Position numbers and translations under genes: made by a program. A DNA stretch of 64,000 bases, from the NCBI GenBank assembly GCA_965242585.1, contig OZ251460.1:2574692-2638691 (forward strand), in the 5' to 3' direction. Under the pieces are notes generated by a model. The model had not been told where the DNA came from, made no database searches, and worked only from the letters and a program-made list of their open reading frames with translations. Each line of letters starts with the position of its first letter. Position 1 is the stretch's first letter. The DNA is from Limisphaerales bacterium (GTDB lineage: Bacteria; Verrucomicrobiota; Verrucomicrobiia; Limisphaerales; AAA164-E04). Below, piece after piece: positions 46,985-56,438 of this stretch.

Positions 46985-47648
46985 TTTATGCGGTTAACGG
47001 AAGAACCAGATCCACAAATGGCACCGCTTTTGCTGGCGCAACGAGGAAACGCCGGCTCCGGCTCGCTTTGGCAAGTGGGCTGCCAGTCATAACGAAGGAG
47101 CCGCTAGCCCAAGAACGGCATCCTGGCCCGAGTGTTAGGACATGGAAAGACGCCGAGAGTCGCTCCGCCAGAGGCGTTGTCCATAGAGAGCCCCAGTATA
47201 AAAGCTCATCCCGATGAAACGGACGCGCGAAAAAGATACGGTCCGCCAGCCCTCGGAAAATCTCATGGAGGCGGGAATGCCAAAATCCCTATGCTGCTGC
47301 CAGAGATGGCCAAGCAGTGAAGTTCTCGCCATCGCCCAGCCAAGCCCCCGCTGCGCCTGAGGGGAGGCCAGACGACCATAGTCCCATTGCCCATGGATCG
47401 CGCCTATGAAGGCCGAGAAAATCGAGAGCAAGCCCAAACCAAGGGATTGGATCCAGTAGTTCCGCCGAAGAAAAGCCATCGCAATCCATGGAAATACGAC
47501 CCAAGAGCTATACCAGAAGCGCAATGAAGTAGAGAGGCCGTTCCGCCGGTTGAAAGGCGATCGCCAAGTCTTCTCTCGCTTGGACAAACTAGACATAATC
47601 TTTATAAGACTCATAGCATTCGCCCTCTTCTCCGAAATGCTCCGTTAG
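46985..47648 (+). mobile_element. IS5-family (DDE_Tnp_1) transposase remnant, 5'-truncated with stops and frameshifts
   Basis: Fragments in different frames: WHRFCWRNEETPAPARFGKW, SIKAHPDETDARKRYGPPALGKSHGGGNAKIPML, MDRAYEGRENREQAQTKGLDPVVPPKKSHRNPWKYD and ELYQKRNEVERPFRRLKGDRQVFSRLDKLDIIFIRLIAFALFSEMLR*. These are the hallmark IS5/IS1031-group blocks. Confidence 0.7.
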
Positions 47649-47788
47649 TAGGAAACACTCCCTAGCGTTTTTTCATACTTCTGTTGTCGTGGAAATCGCC
47701 ATTCAACGGATCAAAGACCACAAAAAAAAAGCCCGATTGAGCGTCAAAACTCAACCGGGTTGCATCCAAAAAAATCTCTTACAATCCC

Positions 47789-48508
47789 TCAATTTTGATT
47801 TTGACCCGGCAGATTGGGCGAAACGAAAAACTGAAAGGGCCGATCCAGCGGCGGAGGCTCTGCTGTTGTCACCGCCGGCGAAGGCAACATTCGCTCCACC
47901 ATCTCCAGCAGAATGTCTCGCTCTTCTTTTTCCACCATAGCCAACTCGCCCGTTGCGGGATCAAAATTCTGCCCCATCTCCACCTCTTGGGCGACGATGT
48001 TCGCCGCTTCTTCCGTTCCTCGATTGAACACCACATCTGCCGAGCCTTCGACCACCACCGTCCGTCCATTGGCGGACACATCGAAAACCACTCGCCCCTT
48101 AGCAGCGTCAATCGTCACTTGCCCCTTCGGAATCATAATCACAAAACTGGAGAGCGAAGAAAATCGTTCCACCTGGCCGTAAATCCGCCCCTTTGAGAGC
48201 CGCAAATGCACATTGGAAACCTTTTCCAATCCCGTCTCGGCAAACTCCAGCCGGTGAATAGCCAGCGTTGTGTTCGCATCTAAGACAACCACGTCGCCGT
48301 CAATATCCAAAACCACTTCCGCGCCTTCGCCAGTAGTGATTACAGAGCCTGCTTCTAGCATTGCGCCGACGATGGCGCCGGTCGCCGGCCCTTCCTTGCT
48401 CACAACCTTCGCCTTGCCCGGCGCCCCGTTCATCGAAGTGCCAAGCGCCGACAAACCGGCCGCAATCCCCAACACAACTAACCTTAACTGAATTCCTGAT
48501 GTCTTCAT
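47789..48508 (-). CDS. FecR-domain protein (secreted/anchored)
   Basis: Start set at ATG 48508 (MKTSGIQLRLVVLGIAAGLSALG). GSVITTGEGAEVVLDIDGDVVVLDANTTLAI...RLSKGRIY fits the FecR beta-sandwich pattern. Confidence 0.65.
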   Translation of the reverse strand: MKTSGIQLRLVVLGIAAGLSALGTSMNGAPGKAKVVSKEGPATGAIVGAMLEAGSVITTGEGAEVVLDIDGDVVVLDANTTLAIHRLEFAETGLEKVSNVHLRLSKGRIYGQVERFSSLSSFVIMIPKGQVTIDAAKGRVVFDVSANGRTVVVEGSADVVFNRGTEEAANIVAQEVEMGQNFDPATGELAMVEKEERDILLEMVERMLPSPAVTTAEPPPLDRPFQFFVSPNLPGQNQN

Positions 48509-48713
48509 GAATCGATCTTTCTGCCAATAAAAAACTCTTCCAAACAAAACTTTTAACCCCATCCTAAAAAAACAATCCACCCTGTCAACTCTATTTTTCC
48601 AAAAAAAGAAAACAAAAATCTTCGCTCCTCCGCTCCCGCTCCAAAAACACAAGCCCCATAGATACTCAAAATCGTTGACTTTGGCAAGCCCTCGCCGCAA
48701 AATTCTTTTTTAT

Positions 48714-49067
48714 ATGCTTATGAACGCCAGCGAAGCCATCAACTTTGACACCCACAAGTTCGTCAAACACCTCACCGAAAACGGCTTCACCGAGCAACCA
48801 GCCGAAGCCTTAGCCGACGAACAAGTCAGTCTCCTCAACAGCAACCTCGCCACCAAAGCGGATATCCTCGCTACCAAAACCGATATCGAAAAGTTGCGGC
48901 AAGAAACCAAAGCTGAAATCGAGAAGTTGCGTTTAGCCACCCAAGCCGACATAGAAGGCGTTAAGGGATATATCGAGGCAGTCAGAGCCGACCTGCTGAA
49001 GTGGATGTTTGGGATGATGCTTGCCGGGATCGGCATAGTTGTCGCTTTGGTCAAGTTGCTTTCATAG
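48714..49067 (+). CDS. DUF1640-like coiled-coil protein with C-terminal TM anchor
   Basis: [27 protein letters not shown]...[30 protein letters not shown]...[20 protein letters not shown] matches the DUF1640 pattern. Confidence 0.6.
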   Translation: MLMNASEAINFDTHKFVKHLTENGFTEQPAEALADEQVSLLNSNLATKADILATKTDIEKLRQETKAEIEKLRLATQADIEGVKGYIEAVRADLLKWMFGMMLAGIGIVVALVKLLS

Positions 49068-49158
49068 ATTCGGTTGGCGTTCCTACAGGGTGCGGGTTGC
49101 CGTAGCGGAGGCTTTTCTTTTCTTGTTTCTTGCCGCAGTTTGCGGCATTCTGTTGCTC

Positions 49159-49929
49159 ATGACTACCCCTTTCTCAAAACAGCGGATCCTAGGCGCGTTC
49201 ACTCTGATCGAACTTCTGGTGGTCATCGCCGTTATTGCCATTTTGGCCGGACTGCTGTTGCCGGCTCTCTCCAAGGCCAAGGAGGCGGCGCGTTCGACGA
49301 TGTGCAAAAACCATATGCGCCAGATTATGTTGAGCATGCTGTTATATGCCGACGACAATGAGGATTATCTGCCTTGGAGCGGCGTCCATGATCGCAACCT
49401 GCATCCAGATTGGGTTTGGGGCGGGCAGGCCAATACGGAGCCTGAAAATCCGAGCGCTTGGGAAAGACCATCATATGGATTTCATCCTGAATGCGGCTCG
49501 GTGTTTCCTTATGTGACCGGATTAGAAAGGAGACCGCTGAACCCAAGACACACCAATGAGTATAAAGTCTATCGTTGCCCCAGCACCGGGCGCATCGGCA
49601 AAGCCCAGCGGGTTAACTTTTCCATGAACTCGTATATTGACAAAAACAGAATCACGGAACGGAAACGCCCCACCGGCGCAAGAGGCCTCAAAGCAGGCGC
49701 CGTTTCCTCTCCCAGCGAAAAACTCCTTTTGCTCAACGAAGACCCCGCCACCATGCGCAACGCCAGTTTCCACCCCGAAGGCACAGCAATAGACGGCAAT
49801 TTCAAGATGCACAGCGGAAGCATCAACGTGGGATTCATTGATAGCCACATCGAATCGTGGAAACATGGAAAAGTGCATGATTCCCAAAAAGGCGAGCTCA
49901 AACTCCGATATTTTGATCCCTATTATTGA
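49159..49929 (+). CDS. Prepilin-type N-terminal cleavage/methylation domain protein, H-X9-DG-like
   Basis: [31 protein letters not shown] is the pilin-like N-terminus. The C-terminal [12 protein letters not shown] is a variant of H-X9-DG. The start is set at ATG 49159. Confidence 0.85.
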   Translation: MTTPFSKQRILGAFTLIELLVVIAVIAILAGLLLPALSKAKEAARSTMCKNHMRQIMLSMLLYADDNEDYLPWSGVHDRNLHPDWVWGGQANTEPENPSAWERPSYGFHPECGSVFPYVTGLERRPLNPRHTNEYKVYRCPSTGRIGKAQRVNFSMNSYIDKNRITERKRPTGARGLKAGAVSSPSEKLLLLNEDPATMRNASFHPEGTAIDGNFKMHSGSINVGFIDSHIESWKHGKVHDSQKGELKLRYFDPYY

Positions 49930-50190
49930 CCGAAACTCGTTGAACGCAAAGGCGGAAAGTGGAAAATTCAAAATTCTATTCCACTCTTGACTTTTTGTTT
50001 CCGCTTCGCTTTGTTTTCTGCAGGATACGGGTCGACGTTGAATTGAATATGAAAATACTGGCTTCCATTTGTGGTTTTATTGTTCAAGGGTTCAGCAGCC
50101 TTGCCTGTACTTGGATGGAGCCGCCTTCGGCGCCGTCCTTGCCCAAAAATCCCGTTCCTTACTACATCAAAACAGCCAATTACTTGAAAC

Positions 50191-50696
50191 ATGGCTTCGA
50201 GACCGCAAAGAAAGAAGCAATATCTAGCTCAGCAAACGGGCAAACAAAAAGAACTTCGCCAACCCAACGCTGAGGAACATAACGACGCAATCGAAGCCGC
50301 TGTGCGGAAGGAACTGCGGAAGCAACTTCCGCAAATCGTTCAATCGGCCAGCGTTCAGGAACAAAGCCTTCATATCGGTACTCTTCCGCCTGCCGACGAA
50401 GCGAAAAATATCAGGAGCTTCTCCCTGATTTTATGGATCGGACGCTGGCGCTCGCCAAAAGATTGCAAAAAGCGGATATAAAAATCACAAATAGAGGGCA
50501 GATTTTTCAAGCGATGCACTCAAACCTCGCTCTTTTGATCGTCGGCGGGATTGTATTTGCGGCGCTCTTTTTGGCTTACAAGATGCAAATGGCGGGTCAC
50601 GGAGTTTGGGGAAGCTTTGCTCCTTTCGCGGGAGTACTGGCGACTTTGGCCGGCGCTTTTTACGGCAAGAAAAAGCTCGACAAACAAAACAACTAA
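50191..50696 (+). pseudogene. DUF2335 membrane protein gene with a frameshift at an A5 run
   Basis: ...SLHIGTLPPADEAK (frame of 50191) continues as KYQELLPDFMDRTLALAKRLQKADIKI... followed by 2 TM helices (frame of 50433). The joined sequence matches the DUF2335 core GPLPpPeeLekYeellPg..eRil.mAe. The junction is at A5 50404-50408. Confidence 0.6.
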
Positions 50697-50747
50697 CAAC
50701 GCCAAAAGCGGGAATAGGACTAGGCAATACAGCGGGTGCGGTTTTGA

Positions 50748-51524
50748 TTAGCGCCGAGATTTTGAGCAAACGCCGCGCCGGCTGCGGCGGATGAAGGCAA
50801 GGAGTTCTTGGCAGAGAGGTTCGGCGGCGAATTTCTTTTTCGCTTGCTCCATGGCTACGGAAAGCGGTCGTCCTTGCCGAAATAGCGCGTGATAAAGTTT
50901 TCTCAGTTGCAGGCGGTCTTCGGGCGAGATTGAGGCTCTTCTCAATCCGACGGTGTTGAGGCCGCCCAGCTCGTTGAGCCTGCAAGCGATAAGGAATGGG
51001 GGCAGGTCTTGGCTGAGGCCGGAGTTGCCTTGAAGGAAGGCGAGCCGGCCGATTCGCACGAACTGATGGATGCTGGCGTTGCCGCCAATGAACACGTTGT
51101 CCTCTATGGCGGCGTGACCTCCAATCAGCGCGCTGTTGGCCAGAACGACGTGGTTGCCGATCTTGGCGTTATGGCCGACGTGGCTGCCGGCCATAAACAG
51201 GTTGTCGGAGCCAATGGTTGTGGCTTCCTGCTCGGTGTTGGAGCGGTGAACGGTAACGTGTTCCCGGAAAATGTTGCGCGAACCGATGATCGTCTTGGAA
51301 GGCTCGCCGGAGTAGCGGGCATCTTGGGGCGAATCACCGATGACGCATCCGGAATGGAGGACGTTGGATTCTCCCAGTTCGGTCTTCCCCGTGAGGTAAA
51401 CTTGGGGGCCGATTCGACAACGGTCGCCAATTTTGACTTCCCCGTCGATCACGGCGCAAGGGCCGACGAAGACGTTTTCGCCAAGTTCGACTTTGGCGCC
51501 AATGACGGCTGTGGGATGAAGCAT
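50748..51524 (-). CDS. lpxA: Acyl-ACP--UDP-N-acetylglucosamine O-acyltransferase
   Basis: 258 aa. Left-handed beta-helix hexapeptide repeats from MLHPTAVIGAKVELGENVFVGPCAVIDGEV, plus a C-terminal helical domain typical of LpxA. Confidence 0.9.
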   Translation of the reverse strand: MLHPTAVIGAKVELGENVFVGPCAVIDGEVKIGDRCRIGPQVYLTGKTELGESNVLHSGCVIGDSPQDARYSGEPSKTIIGSRNIFREHVTVHRSNTEQEATTIGSDNLFMAGSHVGHNAKIGNHVVLANSALIGGHAAIEDNVFIGGNASIHQFVRIGRLAFLQGNSGLSQDLPPFLIACRLNELGGLNTVGLRRASISPEDRLQLRKLYHALFRQGRPLSVAMEQAKKKFAAEPLCQELLAFIRRSRRGVCSKSRR

Positions 51525-51547
51525 AAGGGGTTGGGAACAGGATTAAC

Positions 51548-52246
51548 TTACTCGTAAAAGTGTCCCATTTCTCGCAAGGAGCAAAAGTCTTTGGCTCTGT
51601 CTTCGCTTCGGCTTCCGATGATGACGTGGTCGAGGACTTCGATCTTGAGCAACTGCCCCGCCCGCACGAGGTCGCGGGTTACGCGGAGGTCGTTTGGGGA
51701 AGGGGATGGATCGCCGCTTGGATGATTGTGCGCTAATACGATGCTGGCGGCTTGGTGGAGGATGGCGATTCGGAAGACGTCGCGGGGATGAATGTGGATT
51801 TCATTTAAGGTTTCCTTGCCGATTGATTCTATGCGGATCAAACGGTTGCGGCTGTTCAGCAGGATGACTCGGCAAGATTCTACTTTGAGGACGCGAAATT
51901 CTTCGCGAAGAAGGTTGGCTATCTTTTCGGGGGTATCGAGCAACGGCAGTTCGCGTTGAATTTCTTGGGACATTCTTTTGGCGAGGGTGAACGCGCTTTT
52001 CAGGGCGATGGCTTTGTCTCTGCCGATGCCTTTGGTTTTCCGAATTTCGGGCAGGTCGGCGTTGGCCAGAGCGCCTAAGGAGCCAAACTTTCCCAAAAGA
52101 TCTTCCGCAACTCGCATAGCGGAGGTTCCTTGGGTTCCGGTTCGGAGGAGGATAGCAATCAAGTCGGCATTGCTCAATGCCTCCGCTCCGAGGGCAACCA
52201 GCCGTTCCCTGGGACGAACTTCTACTGGAAGATCCTTGATTCGCAT
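51548..52246 (-). CDS. radC: RadC-family JAB-domain protein
   Basis: MRIKDLPVEVRPRERL..., the HhH region LSNADLIAILLRTG and the JAMM motif LAHNHPSGDPSPS. Confidence 0.85.
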   Translation of the reverse strand: MRIKDLPVEVRPRERLVALGAEALSNADLIAILLRTGTQGTSAMRVAEDLLGKFGSLGALANADLPEIRKTKGIGRDKAIALKSAFTLAKRMSQEIQRELPLLDTPEKIANLLREEFRVLKVESCRVILLNSRNRLIRIESIGKETLNEIHIHPRDVFRIAILHQAASIVLAHNHPSGDPSPSPNDLRVTRDLVRAGQLLKIEVLDHVIIGSRSEDRAKDFCSLREMGHFYE

Positions 52247-52285
52247 TTCTTGTTTTAGGCGGACGACGGGCCAAACGGCAAGCAG

Positions 52286-53686
52286 TTATGGTTTCTCCGG
52301 CCTTGTTCGTTTCCGAGAACGGCTCGGACGCGAAAGGGCGTTCTCCGTTGCGTAGGGTCGAAACTCGTTCAAGCAGTGGGGCGGAATCCGCGCTTCGATT
52401 TCTGCGCAGTTTTCTTTATATTCCAAATGCAGGACTTGGCCGACTTCGTGAATTCTGGCAATCACTGAAGCTCTGCTCACGGGAACGGAAAGCCGCAGAG
52501 CCTCCCGAACGGGACGGAGGCATTGGGAGAGTTGGGTTTTCAACGAGTCCAATCCAATCCCTGAAGTGGCGGAGACGCCCACCGCCAAAGAATAGGGGCC
52601 GCTGTGTCGTTCCCACAAGTCGGTAGACTCTAAGCGGTCAATTTTGTTGAAAACCATCAGCGTGGGTTTTTCCAGAGCGCCGATTTCGGCCAGCACTTGG
52701 TTGACGGCTTCAACTTGAAGTTCGGCTTGCGGGCGGCTGGCGTCCACGACGTGAAGCAGAAGATCAGCCTCGGACACTTCTTCCAGCGTGGCTTTGAAGG
52801 CTTCGACCAGCCGGTGCGGCAGCTTACGAATGAATCCCACCGTGTCGGAAAGCAAAACCTTTTGGTTCGTGTCCAGCGTCAATCTTCGGGTGGTTGGGTC
52901 TAAAGTGGCGAACAGTCGGTCTTCCGCCCGTTCGTCCGCGCCGGCGAGGCGGTTCAACAAGGTAGATTTTCCCGCGTTGGTATAGCCGACGATGGAAGCC
53001 AGCGGCCAGTGCCGTCGTCGCCGTCGTCGCCGTTGCACGGAGCGGTGCTTGCGAACTTGCTCTAGCGCCGCCGTCAAACGGCCAATCCGCTCTTGAACAC
53101 GCCGTCGATCCGTCTCCAACTGCGATTCGCCGTCGCCCCGCATTCCAATGCCACCCTTCTGCCGAGAAAGGTGCGTCCAAAATCGGGTAAGCCGAGGAAG
53201 GAGGTGCCGCAGTTGAGCCAGTTCCACTTGGAGCTTTCCCTCTTTTGTCCAGGCTCGCTGCGCAAAAATATCCAAAATAAGCGAGGTGCGGTCGATGATC
53301 TTGCGGTCGAAAACTCGCTCCAGATTTCTGCTCTGCCCCGGCGTCAGCTCGTCGTCAAAAATAACCGTGTCCGCGCATTTCTCTCGGCACTCGGCGGCAA
53401 ACTGCTCCGCCTTTCCCCGTCCGATGAACGTGCCGGAAACCGGGCGATCCAACTTTTGCATTCCCTCTCCGACGACTTCGCCTCCGGCGGTTTGCGCTAG
53501 ACTGGCCAATTCTTCCAACGATTCCTTGAAGTCCGATTGCGGCCTAGACTGAATGGCGGCGCCGATTAAGAAGACCCTCTCTCCCGGAGACGATGTCGAG
53601 CGGGACGATTGCCGGACTTCGCCGGCGCTAAAACCTTTTGCAATCGACATAGTTCTCCTCAATGCCGGCTCGGCAGGCGAAGTCAA
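52286..53686 (-). CDS. hflX: GTPase HflX
   Basis: The HflX N-terminal domain, G1 GYTNAGKSTL, G3 SDTVGF and NKID. Confidence 0.9.
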   Translation of the reverse strand: MTSPAEPALRRTMSIAKGFSAGEVRQSSRSTSSPGERVFLIGAAIQSRPQSDFKESLEELASLAQTAGGEVVGEGMQKLDRPVSGTFIGRGKAEQFAAECREKCADTVIFDDELTPGQSRNLERVFDRKIIDRTSLILDIFAQRAWTKEGKLQVELAQLRHLLPRLTRFWTHLSRQKGGIGMRGDGESQLETDRRRVQERIGRLTAALEQVRKHRSVQRRRRRRRHWPLASIVGYTNAGKSTLLNRLAGADERAEDRLFATLDPTTRRLTLDTNQKVLLSDTVGFIRKLPHRLVEAFKATLEEVSEADLLLHVVDASRPQAELQVEAVNQVLAEIGALEKPTLMVFNKIDRLESTDLWERHSGPYSLAVGVSATSGIGLDSLKTQLSQCLRPVREALRLSVPVSRASVIARIHEVGQVLHLEYKENCAEIEARIPPHCLNEFRPYATENALSRPSRSRKRTRPEKP

Positions 53687-53934
53687 ACCAATACCCCATC
53701 AGCGCGGCATTTAGCCAGCATAAAGTTTGTTAGGATACAAAGCGAGCGCATTCCTTGGCCGAGCAGGAATTTTCAGGGCGGCAAGTTTCCTTTGAAGGCC
53801 GGCACTCGCCGATTGACTCTCGGCCTTTCCTTACTCGCAAACAATCCTCTCACGGACTTGCCGAGCAGGAAAACCAAACTTTTGAAGCCGAACATGCAAC
53901 TTCCTTGTCTAGATCTTTTAGACCGAGTTCACGT

Positions 53935-54612
53935 TTATCCGATGCGGAGAATCCAAAAGAAGCGCCAACCCAACAAACCCCAAGAAACTCTCCTCCCCAC
54001 TCCTCAGCAACCCAAAATGCGCCAGCCAGCAAACCACGACCACCCCCCGATGATTGTCGCCAATGCCATCGGCAACGACCTCAAATCACAGAATGCGCAG
54101 ACCAAAAACCGCACCCACACCAGCTTTTTTTGCTCACCAATCTCCCAGCGAATCCGCTCACCGCTTGGTTGTTGAAGAAAGAAATCACGGCCCCAATAAA
54201 CGACAACTGCTCATCCATCCATCAAACGAATCCACCCGGTATCTTTGGCCGCGGTTCACTTAAAAATTTTCTTTTCCACACCGGCAAAGCAAGATTCTAC
54301 GCTCTTTTGGCAAAGTCAGCAACTTGCGGATAAGGATTCGAGGCAAGCGGATTTTCCGCAGCGGCCAAGGCGGCATTTCCTCGCCCGAATGGCCCGGGTC
54401 GCGCTCTTTTTGAGGGATTTTGCCGGTTTCCAACAAATTTTTCTTCACTTTTTTCTCTTTTTTGTGATTTTGGGCTTGACGCGGGGCGGATGGAAGGTTA
54501 TCCAAAAGCCAGATCGCATTGCGAATTGGGTTATCATAGCAGATTTTTTGGTTGCAGTTATATGGTTATATTTTAGTTATTTAGTTTTAGTTATTTAGTT
54601 ATTTTTTTCGTT
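53935..54612 (+). repeat. Leader copy B of the duplicated PEP-CTERM cassette (inverted relative to 15653..16340)
   Basis: The same shared sequence blocks as listed for copy A, at nearly the same distance from the start codon (about 680 nt). Confidence 0.7.
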
Positions 54613-55340
54613 ATGAAGATTCAAAAATATTTGAACGCTAGGAACCCGAAGTTGTCAAAATTCGGGCATCGGCAATCAGTCTGTTCTCAATCAGTCTGTT
54701 CTCAATCAGTCTGTTCTCAATCAGTCTGTTCTCAATCAGTCTGTTCTCAATCAGTCTGCTCTCAATCAGTCTGCTCTCAATCAGTCTGCTCTCAATCAGT
54801 CTGCTCTTGTAGCGGCGTTAGTGGTGTCGGCGCTCTCTTTGGTTGCTGTAGAGCAGAGCCAAGCGCAGTTGTATTTGGACATCTTTCCTTCCCAAGACAA
54901 CACCAATAACACGCTCTGGATCTTTAGCGGCTCCTCCACTGCCCGAGCGCATAGCAATGCCGGCCCTTGGATTCGCCGAAGTGGTGCTTATGACCGCAAA
55001 GACACCCACAAAACCAGCCAAGCCTTGTTACGCTCCGGCTCCGGCCTCCACGCCTTGACGCCGCTGTTCACGGCCAGCGTCACCAACGCGCCGTTAGACT
55101 TCGAGTCTCTGCGAACGCGGCTGGGGCAAACCATCAAGCTGGGAACCACCAACACCCTCGACGACATCACCATTCCCAGCACCGCTACCAACACGCCAAC
55201 CATCACCTTCACCGGACGGGGCAGCCGAACCAAAAGAATATGCCCTCGTCTTCGCCTTGGTTGCCCTCGGTTTTGTCTTCTTCCACCGCCATTGGCAAAA
55301 GAAACAACGCCAACAACAACATTCCACCCCCGCTTCGTAG
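54613..55340 (+). pseudogene. PEP-CTERM surface-protein paralogue (cassette B) split over three reading frames
   Basis: ATG 54613 is followed by a basic n-region and (QSVCS)9 in frame 1. The h-region and mature part, LVAALVVSALSLVAVEQSQAQLYLDIFPSQDNTNNTLWIFSGSS..., are in frame 2. The anchor AAEPKEYALVFALVALGFVFFHRHWQKKQRQQQ* is in frame 3 and ends at 55340. The N-terminal 25 mature residues and the anchor are clearly homologous to 14879..15652. Confidence 0.6.
54673..54807 (+). repeat. 15-bp tandem repeat x9 (CAATCAGTCTGTTCT x5 then CAATCAGTCTGCTCT x4)
   Basis: Read directly from the sequence. The track ORF 54613..54909 translates it as nine QSVCS units. Confidence 0.95.
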
Positions 55341-55842
55341 TCTGCTCTTAGTTGGGCGATTTAGGGTGGCCGACTTTCTGCTGGTTGGCGGGACAACATA
55401 ACGACCAATCGTCATCACCGCCTCATAGCAGGGGATGTCTGAGGCTGGCGATCCGCAGTTGTGCCAGCGGTCAGTTCTCGTAGCTTGTGGTTTGTGGCTT
55501 GGGATTGGTAGTTAGGCGGGCGGTTGTTGCCAGCAAACCGGACTTAGAGGCTGGCTTGGCGTCGGGGATTGTCCCAAGCGGAGTTTTGGTTCTTTGCCCG
55601 CGCAGTCTCATCCGGGAACGGCAAGCTTGGGAAGGAACACCAAAAGGAACGGGAAGGAACGGGAAGGAACGGGATTGAAAGAAAGGGATGAGGTGAAGGT
55701 GGCAGTTGTGTCTTGGTTTTTCCTTTCTCTTTATCCTTGCCAGTCGTGTTCAAAAAAATCAAAAACCAAGACTTAGAATTCTGAATCTGCAATTTGGAGT
55801 CGTCAAACAGTGCGTTTAGAGGGGGCTCTGCCGAATCACCGA

Positions 55843-56238
55843 TTAGAATTCGCTGGCTTTACGAGCCGGCATTTGGTCGTTGTTCGCTGGTTTTCGGAAA
55901 CTTGCCGCCAGCCAAAGCCAGCCGAGGATAAGCGACGCGCCGCCAACGGGCGCGACGGCTCCCAACCACTCCCATCCGCTGATCGCGAGCAGGTAGAGCG
56001 ATCCGGAGAAAACGGCGATTCCGAACAGGAAACACCACCAAGGTTTGGACTTTCCTTGATCGGCGCACCACAAGAGGGCTAAGGTGTGGATGAAGTGGTA
56101 GAATGCGGCGGTTTCCCAAATATCGGCGGTTTGGTGCGCCGAGAGGGTTTCGCGGAGGCTGTGAGCGCCGAAAGCGCCCAACACAACCGCCAAAGCGCCG
56201 CTGCAAGCGGCTATTCTGAATCGACTTGTCAAACTCAT
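55843..56238 (-). CDS. DUF423-domain membrane protein
   Basis: Start set at ATG 56238. MSLTSRFRIAACSGALAVVLGAFGAHSL...FYHFIHTLALL...GSLYLLA is the DUF423 (YgdD-like) pattern. Confidence 0.8.
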   Translation of the reverse strand: MSLTSRFRIAACSGALAVVLGAFGAHSLRETLSAHQTADIWETAAFYHFIHTLALLWCADQGKSKPWWCFLFGIAVFSGSLYLLAISGWEWLGAVAPVGGASLILGWLWLAASFRKPANNDQMPARKASEF

Positions 56239-56438
56239 TGTCGCCGCATTATATTGCCGTCGCGAGCCGATGAAAAGGTTTGCTTTGGAGCCGCTTTCAC
56301 GGTTTCTTGGCCGATATAAAGAGCAGGTGTTTATGTAGTGGAAGTGGAACGAGATTTCGCGCAAACTGCCCGGAAGGAAGTATGGAGAAAGAACCGCCGC
56401 TCCGCAGGAGCGCATGAGTAACAGGAGAAAGAAGAACG

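Noticed and set aside
49959-50273. 104-aa ORF with the internal lipoprotein-like MKILASICGFIVQGFSSLAC
   Set aside because: The lipobox is non-canonical (S-L-A-C). The ORF overlaps the DUF2335 gene start and has no further support.
54673-54807. The repeat array as a possible CRISPR
   Set aside because: The units are 15 bp and directly abutting with no spacers. There are no cas genes, and the array lies in a gene's 5' coding region.
55560-55700. A possible SRP or other structured RNA, suggested by the ..CCGGGAACGGCAAGC..GGAAGGAAC.. strings
   Set aside because: It does not match the conserved SRP domain IV sequence or any RNase P, tmRNA or 6S signature I can recall. It is more simply a short tandem repeat.
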